Assembly (NCBI GenBank): GCA_043772865.1
Contig: JAYVFU010000010.1
Location: forward strand, 1 to 59,525
Reading direction: 5' to 3'
DNA: 59,525 nt
Source: Methylophilaceae bacterium
GTDB taxonomy: Bacteria; Pseudomonadota; Gammaproteobacteria; Burkholderiales; Methylophilaceae
The position numbers and the translations under genes were made by a program. Within the stretch, counting starts at the first letter, position 1. Each line of letters begins with the position of its first letter. The notes beneath the pieces are model-generated. The model had not been told where the DNA came from, made no database searches, and saw only the letters and a list, made by a program, of their open reading frames with translations. Of this stretch, positions 45,909 to 57,037 are shown piece by piece.

Positions 45909-47321
45909 ATGACCCTAGATAATACAAAAAACACCAATAATTCATTAAATAAAAAGGCCGAAGCTTGGTCAGGCCGCTTTAATGAGCCCGTTGCCGAGCT
46001 GGTTAAACGCTATACGGCATCGGTTGATTTTGATAAACGCTTAGCTGAGTTTGATATCCAGGGTTCTATTGCCCACGCTCAAATGCTGGGTGCGCAGGGC
46101 ATTATTGCCGCAAAAGATGTGAGTGCGATTGAACAGGGTTTGGGCGAGATTCTTGAAGAAATTAAAGCGGGAAAATTTGAATGGTTACTCGATTTAGAGG
46201 ATGTACACCTCAACATTGAAAAGCGCTTAACCGATAAAATTGGTGATGCAGGTAAGCGCTTGCATACAGGCCGTAGCCGTAACGACCAAGTCGCTACCGA
46301 TGTGCGTTTATGGTTGCGTGCTACAACAGATGACATGATTGCTGGTATCCGCAAGTTACAAACTTCTATTTTAGATTTAGCCGAAACGCATGTTGACACC
46401 ATCATGCCAGGCTTTACGCATTTGCAAGTGGCACAACCTGTCACGTTTGGTCATCATCTAATGGCATATTTTGAAATGCTGCAACGCGATGCTGCAAGGT
46501 TTGCAGATTGTCGCAAACGTATTAACCGTTTGCCATTGGGTGCTGCAGCACTTGCGGGTACAAGCTACCCGATTGATCGTGAAATGGTAGCTAAAAGTTT
46601 GGGTTTTGATGGTGTATGCGAAAACTCACTCGATGCCGTTTCTGATAGAGATTTTGCGATTGAATTTACTTTTGCTAGTAGCTTGGTCATGACGCATCTA
46701 TCGCGTTTTTCTGAGGAGTTGATTTTATGGTCATCGCCACGTTACGCTTTTATTGATATTGCAGATAGGTTTTGTACAGGCTCTAGTATTATGCCGCAGA
46801 AAAAAAACCCAGATGTGCCAGAGTTAGTGCGTGGTAAAACGGGTCGTGTCACTGGGCATTTAGTGGCATTGCTCACGCTGATGAAAGCGCAGCCACTGGC
46901 TTACAATAAAGATAACCAAGAAGATAAAGAACCACTATTTGATACTGCAGATACGCTTTTAGTTACGCTAGAAATTTATGCTGATATGTTGCGTGGCATT
47001 ACGGTTAAAAAAGATAATATGCGCCAAGCGGCAGCGGAGGGCTTTGCAACGGCTACGGATTTAGCGGATTATCTAGTCAAAAAAGGCTTGGCTTTCCGTG
47101 ATGCGCATGAGGCGGTAGCATTAGCGGTGCGTTATGCGGTAGATAAAGGCTGCGATTTAAGTGATTTAAGCTTGGCTGAATTACAAAAGTTCAACCCGAT
47201 GATTGATGCTGGCGTGTATGCAGTTTTAACGTTAGAAGGTTCGCTTGCAAGTCGTAACCATATTGGTGGTACGGCACCTAATCAAGTCAAAGCGGCAATT
47301 GCCCGAGCGAGAAATAAATAA
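45909..47321 (+). CDS. argH: Argininosuccinate lyase
   Basis: 470 aa with the fumarate-lyase signature [12 protein letters not shown]. Confidence 0.98.
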   Translation: MTLDNTKNTNNSLNKKAEAWSGRFNEPVAELVKRYTASVDFDKRLAEFDIQGSIAHAQMLGAQGIIAAKDVSAIEQGLGEILEEIKAGKFEWLLDLEDVHLNIEKRLTDKIGDAGKRLHTGRSRNDQVATDVRLWLRATTDDMIAGIRKLQTSILDLAETHVDTIMPGFTHLQVAQPVTFGHHLMAYFEMLQRDAARFADCRKRINRLPLGAAALAGTSYPIDREMVAKSLGFDGVCENSLDAVSDRDFAIEFTFASSLVMTHLSRFSEELILWSSPRYAFIDIADRFCTGSSIMPQKKNPDVPELVRGKTGRVTGHLVALLTLMKAQPLAYNKDNQEDKEPLFDTADTLLVTLEIYADMLRGITVKKDNMRQAAAEGFATATDLADYLVKKGLAFRDAHEAVALAVRYAVDKGCDLSDLSLAELQKFNPMIDAGVYAVLTLEGSLASRNHIGGTAPNQVKAAIARARNK

Positions 47322-47373
47322 TCTAGCTGTGAGCCCTTTGTTGAATAAATATTATTGATCAACCTGCAAGTTA

Positions 47374-49725
47374 TCAATTGGTTTTATTAGAGTTTGAAAA
47401 TAGCTTTTCAAACTCTTCTGCCGTAACAGGTTTAGAAAACAAATACCCTTGCGCATAATCGCAGCCTGCAGCAACTAGTAAATCACGCTGTTCTATCGTT
47501 TCTACTCCCTCTGCAATCACTTGGATGCCAAGCTTGTGCGCCATTACAATCATTGCTTCACATAAAGCTAAATCATTTGACCCTAATGCCAAATGACTGA
47601 CGAATGATTGATCGATTTTAATAAAATCTATCTGAAACTTTTTTAGATACGATAACGAGGAATAACCAGTGCCAAAGTCATCGATAGCAATCATAAAACC
47701 TGATTGGCGCAAGTCTAGTAGTTGCTCAATGACATGTTCTGATGTACCTAATAATAAGCTTTCTGTAATTTCTATGACAATACTTTCACCAGGCAAACTA
47801 AGAGTTTGTAAATGTTCAAACCACGAAGCATGCATGGTGCTAAGGTTGTAAAACTGTATGGGTGATTTGTTTACGCTGATTTGAAATTCTGGGTGGTAGT
47901 TAAGACGCCACTTCGCCACTTGTAATGCGGCCTGCTGAAACACCCAATCGCCAATACCCACTACCAAGCCAGTTTCTTCCGCTATTGGTATAAATTCAAT
48001 AGGATCTATTAAGCCTTTAATTGGATGATGCCAGCGGATTAAAGCCTCTGCTTTTAAAATAGATAAATCATGCAAATTAATAATTGGCTGATACAGCACA
48101 AGAAACTGCTGATTAGCGACTGCTGAGCGTAAATCTAAACTCAAACGCACCCTAGCATTTGCCGCCGTTTGCATGGCTGGCGTAAAGTACCTAAAGCGGT
48201 TGCGACCTTGATTTTTAGCTTCATACATCGCTTGATCAGCATTTTTTAACAGCTCATCAATGGTTTTTGCATCATCTGGGTAAAGGGTAATGCCTATACT
48301 TGCAGAAATATAGACCATCTCATCATCAAGTTTAAATGGTTCAGATAGCCTTTGTAGTATTTTCTCAGCTAACCTTTCAATCACACCATTATCTTCAATA
48401 GAAGATAATATTAATGTAAATTCATCCCCGCCTAACCTGGCTAAAGTATCGGCTTCCCGTATGCAACGATTAAGCCGCCATGCCACTTCTTTTAATAGTA
48501 GATCACCTTTGTCATGACCTAAAGTATCGTTCACTTCTTTAAAGTGATCTAGATCTAACAACATAACAGCAATAGGTTGCTCAGCACGCTGCGCCTTTTT
48601 TATTTCTTGTGTTAGGCGATCATAAAAAAGTACTCTATTTGGTAAACCTGTAGTTATATCGTAATGCGCTAAATGCAGAAGTTTTTCTGCAGTTTTTTTA
48701 CGATTGGTGATATCTCTAATAAATGCGCAAAACTCGCACTCATTCCCATAACGATGTTGAGATATAGTGAGCTCAACTGGAAATTCTGCTCCATCACGCT
48801 TTAATGCCATAATATCTATGCGTGTGTTCATAATTGATGACACACCAGTACGTAAAAAGTGCTTCATACCTTCTACATGCGCTTCACGATATTGAACAGG
48901 AATAATCATATTGTGCATGGGTTGTCCCATGACTTCATCTTTTGACCAACCAAATAAATTAATTGCTTGACCACTCCATCCTGTAATTAATCCATCAACA
49001 TTCATTTGTATGACTGCATCCATGGATGTGTCTAGAATGCCTCTAAGCTTGGTTTCATTTTGAATAAGTTGGAAGATTGATTGTTCATGTTTTAATACTG
49101 ATCGCCGTGTGAATAAAATACCTAATATGATGAGTAATAGCGTAATTAGTATTTGACTGGTATTAATAATAAAGTAGCTGGTACGTGATACTTCACCTAA
49201 TTTGCTAGAAAATGCCATTTCTAGTGGTGTTAGTTGATGATTAATGACATCAATTCTTTCAATTAGGGTATCAATTAAGGGGTCATCTGTTTGCCCTTTT
49301 GTAATTAACGCGTGTAGTTGTTCGCCAATGGATTTTAGCTGTGCGACATAACCATCACCTACTGTCCATAGAGCGATAGACTCTTCCATCAGGCGAGTGT
49401 GCTGAAAATTTAGAAACAATTGCACCATCCCATCGAAGTCATCAGGGTGGTTATTCGCTTTCATAAAGTTAAGTCTAGCGGATTCTAAATCGGGCTTATC
49501 TTGTTGTATTGCAACCCTTGCAGCCTTGCTAGCCATTGTAATGGTTATGGCTAGCTTAAATTTTTCGTAATCTGCTTCTGCATGTGATGTTGAATATCGA
49601 GTTAAATAATAGACTGCATCTTTTTGAGCTTTTGACCAAATACTTTCGCCAACCACGTAAGCACGCACAGCCGTTAGTGTGCTCATGAACAAGTGGTTAG
49701 TAATCAACAAAAGACCTACAATCAA
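47374..49725 (-). CDS. Membrane-bound sensor domain-PAS-GGDEF-EAL protein (c-di-GMP turnover)
   Basis: 783 aa with a periplasmic helical sensor region between two TM helices, a PAS domain, and intact RLGGDEF and EALIRW / DDFGTGYSS motifs. It has a TTG start, and the N-terminus is uncertain. Confidence 0.92.
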   Translation of the reverse strand: MIVGLLLITNHLFMSTLTAVRAYVVGESIWSKAQKDAVYYLTRYSTSHAEADYEKFKLAITITMASKAARVAIQQDKPDLESARLNFMKANNHPDDFDGMVQLFLNFQHTRLMEESIALWTVGDGYVAQLKSIGEQLHALITKGQTDDPLIDTLIERIDVINHQLTPLEMAFSSKLGEVSRTSYFIINTSQILITLLLIILGILFTRRSVLKHEQSIFQLIQNETKLRGILDTSMDAVIQMNVDGLITGWSGQAINLFGWSKDEVMGQPMHNMIIPVQYREAHVEGMKHFLRTGVSSIMNTRIDIMALKRDGAEFPVELTISQHRYGNECEFCAFIRDITNRKKTAEKLLHLAHYDITTGLPNRVLFYDRLTQEIKKAQRAEQPIAVMLLDLDHFKEVNDTLGHDKGDLLLKEVAWRLNRCIREADTLARLGGDEFTLILSSIEDNGVIERLAEKILQRLSEPFKLDDEMVYISASIGITLYPDDAKTIDELLKNADQAMYEAKNQGRNRFRYFTPAMQTAANARVRLSLDLRSAVANQQFLVLYQPIINLHDLSILKAEALIRWHHPIKGLIDPIEFIPIAEETGLVVGIGDWVFQQAALQVAKWRLNYHPEFQISVNKSPIQFYNLSTMHASWFEHLQTLSLPGESIVIEITESLLLGTSEHVIEQLLDLRQSGFMIAIDDFGTGYSSLSYLKKFQIDFIKIDQSFVSHLALGSNDLALCEAMIVMAHKLGIQVIAEGVETIEQRDLLVAAGCDYAQGYLFSKPVTAEEFEKLFSNSNKTN

Positions 49726-49896
49726 AATGAAAGGCCAGATAATGCGGATTAAATGTTTATTCGCTGAAGTAATTTTTAACCCTTTAACGCATGAATTTAG
49801 CTTGATAAACTCATGAAATGCTTAATTTACTATAGCGGTAATATGAGTTATCGGCTTTTTTGTTATTTCCTTAACTAAGTTCATTCATAGTAAATC

Positions 49897-51189
49897 TTAT
49901 TTGGCTTTAATACCCAACTGCTTTAGTTTTCTGTATAAATGGGTACGCTCTAAACCAGACAACTCAGCTAATTTACTCATATTATTACCTGCTGCTTCTA
50001 AGTGATGTTTAAAGTAAGTACGCTCAAAATCATCACGCGCTTCCCGCAAGGGCTGATTTAAATGAACTTGCCCACTGTTTTTATCTTGCTGCTGGTTAGC
50101 TTCGGGTGCGAACTCGTTCTTATTTAGTACAGTGTCAGCAAATTGCTCGATAACGCGGTTAACGTCATCTAACATAATCTTTTCACCCAAACTCGTTTGC
50201 ATTAAATTACGTACTACTGATTCTAATTGTGCTAAATCACCCGGCCAATTGGCGTTTCTCAAGCCGTTTAGTGCCGCTATGTCAAAAGCCTTATAGGGCG
50301 CCTCGGTAGTTTCTGTTATTAATGTTGCCATGGCATTAGTTAAGTCGGGAATATCTTCTCTATGGTCTTGCAGTGCAGGCACGCGGAGTGAGGTGTTGGA
50401 TAGCGTTTGGAGTAGCGCATGTTCAAACTGACCGTTTTCTACCATTTGCGGTAAGGCATGAGAAGTTGCGCACACAACCCGCACATTATATTTTTCGGCT
50501 TTGGTCACTAAAAGTAACAAGCCTTTTTGTTGAGTTTTAGTTAAATCAGCAACTTCTGCAAGGTAAAAAACACCTTCACGCGTTTGCTCCAGTAAATCCA
50601 TAGGCTCAGTGGCAAGTTTTTCAAGGTCTTCTAATTTAAGCCATGGCGTACCAGTAGAACGTAAAAATTGTGCACATAATTCTGCACCACCGCCTTTATT
50701 ACCAATGAGCAATAATGCGGTTTTAGTGAGAGATATTTGCTCTAAACGTTTTTTAAGCGCTTCAATCACTGTGCTAGAGCCTAAGCTAGCTAAGTTAACA
50801 TCAGATTTTGGTAGGCTTTCGCTATGTTTTAATGCGGCACCCACTGTAGTGAGTAGTTTTTGCAAGGCGATTGGTTTTTCTAAAAAATCGAATGCGCCTA
50901 TGCGCGTGGCTTCAACGGCAGTATCAATGGTGCCATGACCAGACATCATGACAACGGGCATAGTGAGCAAACCAGCATTATTCCATTCTTTAAGTAAGCT
51001 AATACCATCGCAATCTGGCATCCAGATATCTAGTAGCACTAAGTCAGGTCGTTGTTTTTGGCGTAATTCGCGTGCTTGAGCCGCATTTTCGGCCAGGCTC
51101 ACATGGTAACCTTCATCCAATAAAATATCACGCAATAATTCGCGTATGCCAATTTCATCATCAACTATCAATACATGTCTAACCGCCAT
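49897..51189 (-). CDS. ntrX: NtrX-like response regulator (receiver + degenerate AAA+ + Fis-type HTH)
   Basis: 430 aa with a receiver domain (VDDE..LLDIWMPD) and a C-terminal HTH. The central domain lacks canonical Walker A and GAFTGA motifs. It sits downstream of an NtrY-like kinase. Confidence 0.8.
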   Translation of the reverse strand: MAVRHVLIVDDEIGIRELLRDILLDEGYHVSLAENAAQARELRQKQRPDLVLLDIWMPDCDGISLLKEWNNAGLLTMPVVMMSGHGTIDTAVEATRIGAFDFLEKPIALQKLLTTVGAALKHSESLPKSDVNLASLGSSTVIEALKKRLEQISLTKTALLLIGNKGGGAELCAQFLRSTGTPWLKLEDLEKLATEPMDLLEQTREGVFYLAEVADLTKTQQKGLLLLVTKAEKYNVRVVCATSHALPQMVENGQFEHALLQTLSNTSLRVPALQDHREDIPDLTNAMATLITETTEAPYKAFDIAALNGLRNANWPGDLAQLESVVRNLMQTSLGEKIMLDDVNRVIEQFADTVLNKNEFAPEANQQQDKNSGQVHLNQPLREARDDFERTYFKHHLEAAGNNMSKLAELSGLERTHLYRKLKQLGIKAK

Positions 51190-51228
51190 TGGTTCTACTC
51201 CCAGACCCTAAATTTGCAACACATTTTA

Positions 51229-53427
51229 CTATCTATTTTTAGTGTGAATTGGCAGCGTAATCACAATGCTTGCGCCACCGGCTGGCATACTTTCAATTTT
51301 AATCACACCTTGGTGTTCTTCTACTATTTTTTTTACAATCGCTAAACCCAAACCTGTGCCATGTGACTTTGTAGTGATATAAGGCTCAAACGCGCGCGGT
51401 ATCACATCTTTAGGAAAGCCTAACCCGTTATCACTAACAGTTAGTTTAATTTCGTTGGATGTTTGGGTTGTTTCTACATTAATTAAATTGGGTGAATCAA
51501 CTGTTGCTTCGCGATTTTTAAGCGCATCTTGGGCATTTTGTAACAAGTTGTGTAGCACCTGACGCAACATAGTTGCGTCACCTAATACGTCGGATAAACT
51601 AGGTGCCAGATTGAGCTTAATTTGGGCGCTGTGGGGCTCGTTATTATTGCCTTCATTGATATATAAACTGGTCACATCTTGAATAAGATAGTTAAGGTTA
51701 ATCTTGGCTAAAATTGCGGCTGGCGCACGTGCATATTCACTAAACTCGTTGACCATGGTTTTCATGGCGCTTACTTGATTCACAATAGTTTCTGTCGCCC
51801 GATTAAGCATATCAGTATCGGTACTTGATAGCTTACTCGCTAGTTTGTGCTGTAAGCGTTCGGCAGATAGTTGAATAGGCGTCAGCGGGTTTTTGATTTC
51901 ATGTGCTAAACGTCGCGCAACTTCTCCCCAAGCCGCATCGCGTTGTGCTTGGGCCATAGTGGTTACATCATCAAACACAATAACAAAATCACCACTTTCT
52001 GCATGATCTGTGCTTAACGTTTCTGTCGCGGGTAATCGGGTTGCGCGCACTAACAACACTTGCTTGCCTTGTTCCGTCACAATGATTAACTGCTGATTAA
52101 GCTCCAAAGTGCTAGTTTCTAATATCTTAGTTTTTTCAAAATGCGTTAGTAGCAGATTGCTAAACTCAACCAGCGTTGCATTGTTGTCACCTATTTTGGC
52201 AAATGGTTTACCCACATAATCCGCTAAATCTAGATTTAAAATATTGGCAGCCGCTAAATTATAAGTGCGCAAATCACCGCGTACATTGAGCGCTAATACG
52301 CCCGATGACAAATGGGCTAAAACGGTTTCAAGGTAGCTACGTGCAGCTTCAAGTCGCACTTGATTCTTTTCACTGGCCTGCGTTGCATCATCTAGTTGGC
52401 GCGTCATGCTGTTGAATGATTTTACCAATATTCCTAGTTCATCTTTGCCATGCTCAGGCAACATGGTGCTGTAATCGCCGCGTGCAATCGCACGTGTGCC
52501 TTCAGCCAATACCATTAATGGGGTTGATAATCTTCGGCTTAGCACAAATGCAATGGCAATTGCAGATAACATAGCTAGCATGAGCACCAGCGTAAGTGTG
52601 AGCGCAAAGGTTTCTTGTAATGACTTACGGCTGTAAGAAAGCTCTTGATAATCTCGGTAAACTTCCTGTACCTCTTCCGCAGTGCTCGACAGTGATTTTG
52701 GCACGGGTTGCATGAGCTGCAAAATACGTGTTTCACCCATCAAATCCTGTGAGTTAACAGGTGCTAATACGCGTAAATACAGGCCTTTATTGGGTATGGG
52801 TTCAATTTTTCCGTAAAGTCGGTGCTGCGCTTGCCCAAGTTGTTGTATGGTGGGCATTTCTGGTAAAAAGCTATTAGGATCGCTACTAGAAACCGCTAAA
52901 ATCTTACCCTGCATAGTGAGTAAAACTGCGTCTTGAACGCCATTTTTTTCACGCAAATCATTCATAATCGCATAATGCGTTCTTGCAGGTTGAAAAGCCA
53001 AATTGTTTGCCATATTTTCGGCTTTAGCTTCAACGTCACTCAGCATAATATCCAGCGCACGTTGCCCTAAACGTAAACCTCCATCCAGCGCTGTTTCTAC
53101 TTTGACGTTAAACCATGATTCAATAGACCGAGTTAAAAAATTAACTGAAACTGCGTAAACAATTAAGCCTGGAATAATGGCCATCAACGCAAACCCACCG
53201 AGTAAGCGCAATGTAAGGCGGCTGCCCATGATGTGCTGGCGAATTTTGCGGTATAAACTCCACAGTTGAATACCAATTAACACCAGCATCACTAGTGCAA
53301 GTGTAATATTGAGTATTAATAGCAGCGTGTAATAACTGCCAGATGCCGCTGTATTGGCACTTGCAAGTGATAACAAATATAGCAATATCACCCCAAGAAC
53401 AATGCTAATAAAAACAATATATTTCAT
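51229..53427 (-). CDS. ntrY: NtrY-like sensor histidine kinase (multi-TM, HAMP, PAS, HisKA, HATPase)
   Basis: 732 aa with the H-box LAHEIKNPLTPI and the G-box GTGLGLAIV. Confidence 0.85.
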   Translation of the reverse strand: MKYIVFISIVLGVILLYLLSLASANTAASGSYYTLLLILNITLALVMLVLIGIQLWSLYRKIRQHIMGSRLTLRLLGGFALMAIIPGLIVYAVSVNFLTRSIESWFNVKVETALDGGLRLGQRALDIMLSDVEAKAENMANNLAFQPARTHYAIMNDLREKNGVQDAVLLTMQGKILAVSSSDPNSFLPEMPTIQQLGQAQHRLYGKIEPIPNKGLYLRVLAPVNSQDLMGETRILQLMQPVPKSLSSTAEEVQEVYRDYQELSYSRKSLQETFALTLTLVLMLAMLSAIAIAFVLSRRLSTPLMVLAEGTRAIARGDYSTMLPEHGKDELGILVKSFNSMTRQLDDATQASEKNQVRLEAARSYLETVLAHLSSGVLALNVRGDLRTYNLAAANILNLDLADYVGKPFAKIGDNNATLVEFSNLLLTHFEKTKILETSTLELNQQLIIVTEQGKQVLLVRATRLPATETLSTDHAESGDFVIVFDDVTTMAQAQRDAAWGEVARRLAHEIKNPLTPIQLSAERLQHKLASKLSSTDTDMLNRATETIVNQVSAMKTMVNEFSEYARAPAAILAKINLNYLIQDVTSLYINEGNNNEPHSAQIKLNLAPSLSDVLGDATMLRQVLHNLLQNAQDALKNREATVDSPNLINVETTQTSNEIKLTVSDNGLGFPKDVIPRAFEPYITTKSHGTGLGLAIVKKIVEEHQGVIKIESMPAGGASIVITLPIHTKNR

Positions 53428-53471
53428 TAGGCACTATTTAATTGGACATTGTTCATCAACACGCTTTTAGC

Positions 53472-54110
53472 CTACTTTTGTAGGCTGGGCATCCATTCAA
53501 ACTTTTCGGATGATAAATCCCAAGCTTCGGTACTTAAAGCTTCAACTTGCAGGGCTTTGGGTAATTTTTTTTGGTCCAGCCGCATCAATAAAGCCGCTTT
53601 ATAAACCACGCCTTTTTCAATTAAAATTTTATCTAGCACTTTCCAGTCACGCAAATGCGAAAGCTCTAACAATGCTTCATTAATCGTTTCAAATGCACGT
53701 TGATGAGATTGTTTGTTTTGCGTGATATTAACTAAATACTGGCGTGTAAGAGCATGGTAGCTTAAGCTCACGGGTATGGATTGCGTTTCAATTTCATCAT
53801 CAAACCAGTATTTATGCGGGGCAACTAATTGAAACTCGATTAGAAAATTGAGTGGCACACCTTTGTTAATGGCTTCTTCCATTTGCGTATTAAAGTCGAT
53901 TTCAAAATCTGCATTAAGCGTATAAGCATCATCAACGGCGATGAGTTCGGCTGTTTTAATATCAAGGCTGCTGGTACCTGCAACAATATTGGGTGTAAAG
54001 AAAACCTGCGCCAGCATAAGCAGGGCGAATATCACACCATAGTGTTTATTTTTTTTGTATAAGTGCATAAAAAAAGCCATCGTGTGCATCGCAGGGGATA
54101 AGCTGCCCAT
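53472..54110 (-). CDS. DUF4390 domain protein
   Basis: 212-aa secreted protein in the rsmB-DUF4390-ntrY position conserved in betaproteobacteria. The true start is probably an internal Met (54080 or 54068). Confidence 0.75.
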   Translation of the reverse strand: MGSLSPAMHTMAFFMHLYKKNKHYGVIFALLMLAQVFFTPNIVAGTSSLDIKTAELIAVDDAYTLNADFEIDFNTQMEEAINKGVPLNFLIEFQLVAPHKYWFDDEIETQSIPVSLSYHALTRQYLVNITQNKQSHQRAFETINEALLELSHLRDWKVLDKILIEKGVVYKAALLMRLDQKKLPKALQVEALSTEAWDLSSEKFEWMPSLQK

Positions 54111-55341
54111 TTTGTGTGAATAATGGTGCGTTGTGAGCTTGATTATTGGGCGACCATGTCAATTGTGTTGCGTCTGCATTTTCTGATAAAAATTGATCAA
54201 TTTGACCTTGATTTTCTTCATTAAAAATCGAACACGTTACATAAAGCAATTTACCACCCTTTGTTAAAGTCTGCCATAACTCACGCAAAATCACGGCTTG
54301 TTGCTTAGCAAATGAAGCAATATCCGCTTCACGACGCAACCATTTAATATCTACATGGCGCCGCACTATACCCGATGCCGTACACGGCACATCTGCCAGA
54401 ATCCTATCAAAAGGCACACCGTCCCACCAATCATGAACGTATGATGCATCCCCACAAATCAGATGCGCATGCAGTTGCAAACGTTCAAGATTATTTTGTA
54501 CTTTCACTAAACGGTCGGCGTCGCTATCTAAAGCAGTCATATTGATATTGGCTGATTCTAAAATATGTGCCGTTTTACCACCAGGTGCACAGCAAGCATC
54601 CAGCACTTGCTGTTCGTTTTTTAAGTCTAGTAATTGAGTAGCAGTTTGCGCACCGTAGTCTTGTACTGATACACCGCCAGTTAAAAACTGTGGAATTTTT
54701 TCAACTGAAATTGGCTTTAGTAACATTAAAGCTGATTCACTTAAAACAGTGGTTTCCAAACCTTCGTTTTGTAACGCTATTAAGTAATCGCCCATGTTGG
54801 TTTTTTGGCGATTAATACGCAAAGTCATGGGTGGGTGCTGATTACCCACCGTTAAAATGCTTTGCCAATCATTGGGGTATTGTTTTTTGAGTTTGTTTAT
54901 CCACCACTGTGGGTAAGAGTAAGTAGCTAATTCGTTGCCAGTAATTTTTTTTGCTAATGCTTCTTTTTGTCGCAAAAAGTTACGCAAAACCGCATTGACT
55001 AAACCTTTTGCCCAAGCCGTTTTAAATTGTGTAGCGGCTGTGACTGCTTGATCTACCACCGTAAAAGCTTGTGCTTTATCATGCAGTAACTGATAAATTG
55101 CCACTAACAAAAGGCAGCGCACGCCTTCATTAGTGAGTGGTTTTTCTAATAATTGTGTTAAATAAGCATTGATTTCACCATAAAAACGTAGCGTACCATA
55201 GCTTAAATCTTGCGCAGTACCGCGCTGTTGCGGGGTAATGTCAGGGAATTTTCTAATAGCCGCGGGCAGGGCAAGTGTTAAATTATGCCCCGTTAATACT
55301 TGATGCACAGCCTGAGCGGCGATTTGTTGAGCGATGTACAA
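54046..55341 (-). CDS. rsmB: 16S rRNA (cytosine967-C5)-methyltransferase RsmB
   Basis: 431 aa with a NusB-like N-terminus, DACCAPGGKT, and the catalytic TCS/PC motifs. Confidence 0.95.
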   Translation of the reverse strand: MYIAQQIAAQAVHQVLTGHNLTLALPAAIRKFPDITPQQRGTAQDLSYGTLRFYGEINAYLTQLLEKPLTNEGVRCLLLVAIYQLLHDKAQAFTVVDQAVTAATQFKTAWAKGLVNAVLRNFLRQKEALAKKITGNELATYSYPQWWINKLKKQYPNDWQSILTVGNQHPPMTLRINRQKTNMGDYLIALQNEGLETTVLSESALMLLKPISVEKIPQFLTGGVSVQDYGAQTATQLLDLKNEQQVLDACCAPGGKTAHILESANINMTALDSDADRLVKVQNNLERLQLHAHLICGDASYVHDWWDGVPFDRILADVPCTASGIVRRHVDIKWLRREADIASFAKQQAVILRELWQTLTKGGKLLYVTCSIFNEENQGQIDQFLSENADATQLTWSPNNQAHNAPLFTQNGQLIPCDAHDGFFYALIQKK

Positions 55342-55425
55342 ATAAGGCTTTCGTATTTTTTGTTGGTAGCAAATAAAATCTTTATTATTTGATTTTACTT
55401 GATAATTTTGGTTTCAAGTGAGCAT

Positions 55426-56373
55426 TTACTTACAGCTACAATTAGCAAAAAAATGACCAATTTTTAACTGTCGACTTTTAATAAACGCTTTTGCATCCAT
55501 GCGTTTACCGCCGGGCATTTGTAATTCAGCCACTTTCAATAATCCAGCACCACACGCAATGACAATGCCATCGCTAATATTGACGACTTCCCCGTTTTTA
55601 GCGTTCATTTTCTCGCCAGCTATAACAGTCGCCATCCATAATTTACAAACCTCACCATTGAATTGTGCATGTGCAACAGGAAAAGGGTTAAATCCACGAA
55701 TTTGGCGTGATAGTATTTCGGCAGGTTGGCTCCAATCAATCACTGCTTCGGCTTTGGTAAGTTTATGAGCATAGGTGACTAATGACTCATCTTGAGGTTG
55801 CGCACTTAATTTACCTGTCGCTGCCAATTTAGCCACGGCTGCTAACATCAACTTAGCACCAATTGCACTTAATGCATCATGCAATGTTTGAGTCGTGTCT
55901 TGTTCGGTAATGTTGACCACGCCGCGGCTTATCATCGCGCCAGCATCTAGAGCCGGCACCACTTCCATAATTGTTACGCCCGTTTCAGCATCGCCTGCTA
56001 ACAAAGCGCGATGTATCGGTGCCGCGCCGCGCCAGCGTGGTAAAAGTGAGGCATGAATGTTATAGCAGCCCAGCATTGGCATATTTAATAAATTGGTCGG
56101 GATAATCAAACCGTAAGCAGCCACTATCATAACATCAGCATTTACGGCAGCGATTTGCGTTTGAATCTCTGGCGGTTTAAGACTTTCTGGTTGAAATACA
56201 TGTAGGCCATGTGCTATTGCTAGTTCTTTAACAGGGCTCGCTTTGAGCTTCATGCCACGGCCAGCGGGTCTATCTGGCTGTGTAAGTACCATCACGATTT
56301 GATGGCCTGCTTCAATCAATGCACTTAAGGTGGGTACTGCGAATTCGGGAGTGCCAGCAAATATGATGTTCAA
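55426..56373 (-). CDS. fmt: Methionyl-tRNA formyltransferase
   Basis: The conserved N-terminus NIIFAGTPEFAVP begins at a TTG (56373). The ORF-track Met at 56544 lies inside def and is not credible. Confidence 0.93.
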   Translation of the reverse strand: MNIIFAGTPEFAVPTLSALIEAGHQIVMVLTQPDRPAGRGMKLKASPVKELAIAHGLHVFQPESLKPPEIQTQIAAVNADVMIVAAYGLIIPTNLLNMPMLGCYNIHASLLPRWRGAAPIHRALLAGDAETGVTIMEVVPALDAGAMISRGVVNITEQDTTQTLHDALSAIGAKLMLAAVAKLAATGKLSAQPQDESLVTYAHKLTKAEAVIDWSQPAEILSRQIRGFNPFPVAHAQFNGEVCKLWMATVIAGEKMNAKNGEVVNISDGIVIACGAGLLKVAELQMPGGKRMDAKAFIKSRQLKIGHFFANCSCK

Positions 56374-56420
56374 ATGGAGTATCTCAGAGTGATTAGATAT
56401 TGATATTGATAATTTAAGAC

Positions 56421-56930
56421 TTAGCGTTCGCCGTGCTCGCGTGCTAATTTCAACATTTTGGCTCTGATTCGATTGCGTTTCAGTGGCGATAAATACTCTA
56501 CAAACACTTTGCCCAATAAGTGATCCATTTCGTGTTGAATGCACACAGCTAACAATCCATCAGCTTTCAAACTAAATTTTTTACCGTTTCTATCTAATGC
56601 TTCTACGGTAATATTTTCAGAGCGCGTTACCGTCTCGTAAATATTAGGTACAGATAAACAACCCTCATCAAAATCCTGCTCACCACTTTTAGCGGTAATA
56701 TTAGGATTAATAAACACCTGTAATTGACTTTTATCTTTACTAGTATCAACCAAAATCAACTGAATATGATGATTGACCTGCGTAGCGGCTAAACCTATGC
56801 CAGGGGCGTCGTACATGGTCTCAGCCATGTCGTCAATCAGTTGACGTATAACATCATTCACATCAGCTACAGGTTTGGCTATTGTGTGCAAACGTGGGTC
56901 GGGGTAATGGAGTATCGCTAAAATTGTCAT
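56421..56930 (-). CDS. def: Peptide deformylase
   Basis: 169 aa with the [13 protein letters not shown] and HEMDHL motifs. Confidence 0.98.
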   Translation of the reverse strand: MTILAILHYPDPRLHTIAKPVADVNDVIRQLIDDMAETMYDAPGIGLAATQVNHHIQLILVDTSKDKSQLQVFINPNITAKSGEQDFDEGCLSVPNIYETVTRSENITVEALDRNGKKFSLKADGLLAVCIQHEMDHLLGKVFVEYLSPLKRNRIRAKMLKLAREHGER

Positions 56931-57037
56931 AATTTAATGGGTTATTGCCATAAAAGCTTGATTATTGAATGAATTACGTGATAAATTTAACGCAATTTCG
57001 CGGATGAAAAACCGCTTTTTTGACCGAGGTCAACCTT

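Noticed and set aside
55426-56544. Long version of fmt (372 aa) starting at the Met at 56544
   Set aside because: The extra 56 residues overlap the def coding region in another frame and have no similarity to Fmt. The conserved Fmt N-terminus begins at the TTG at 56373.
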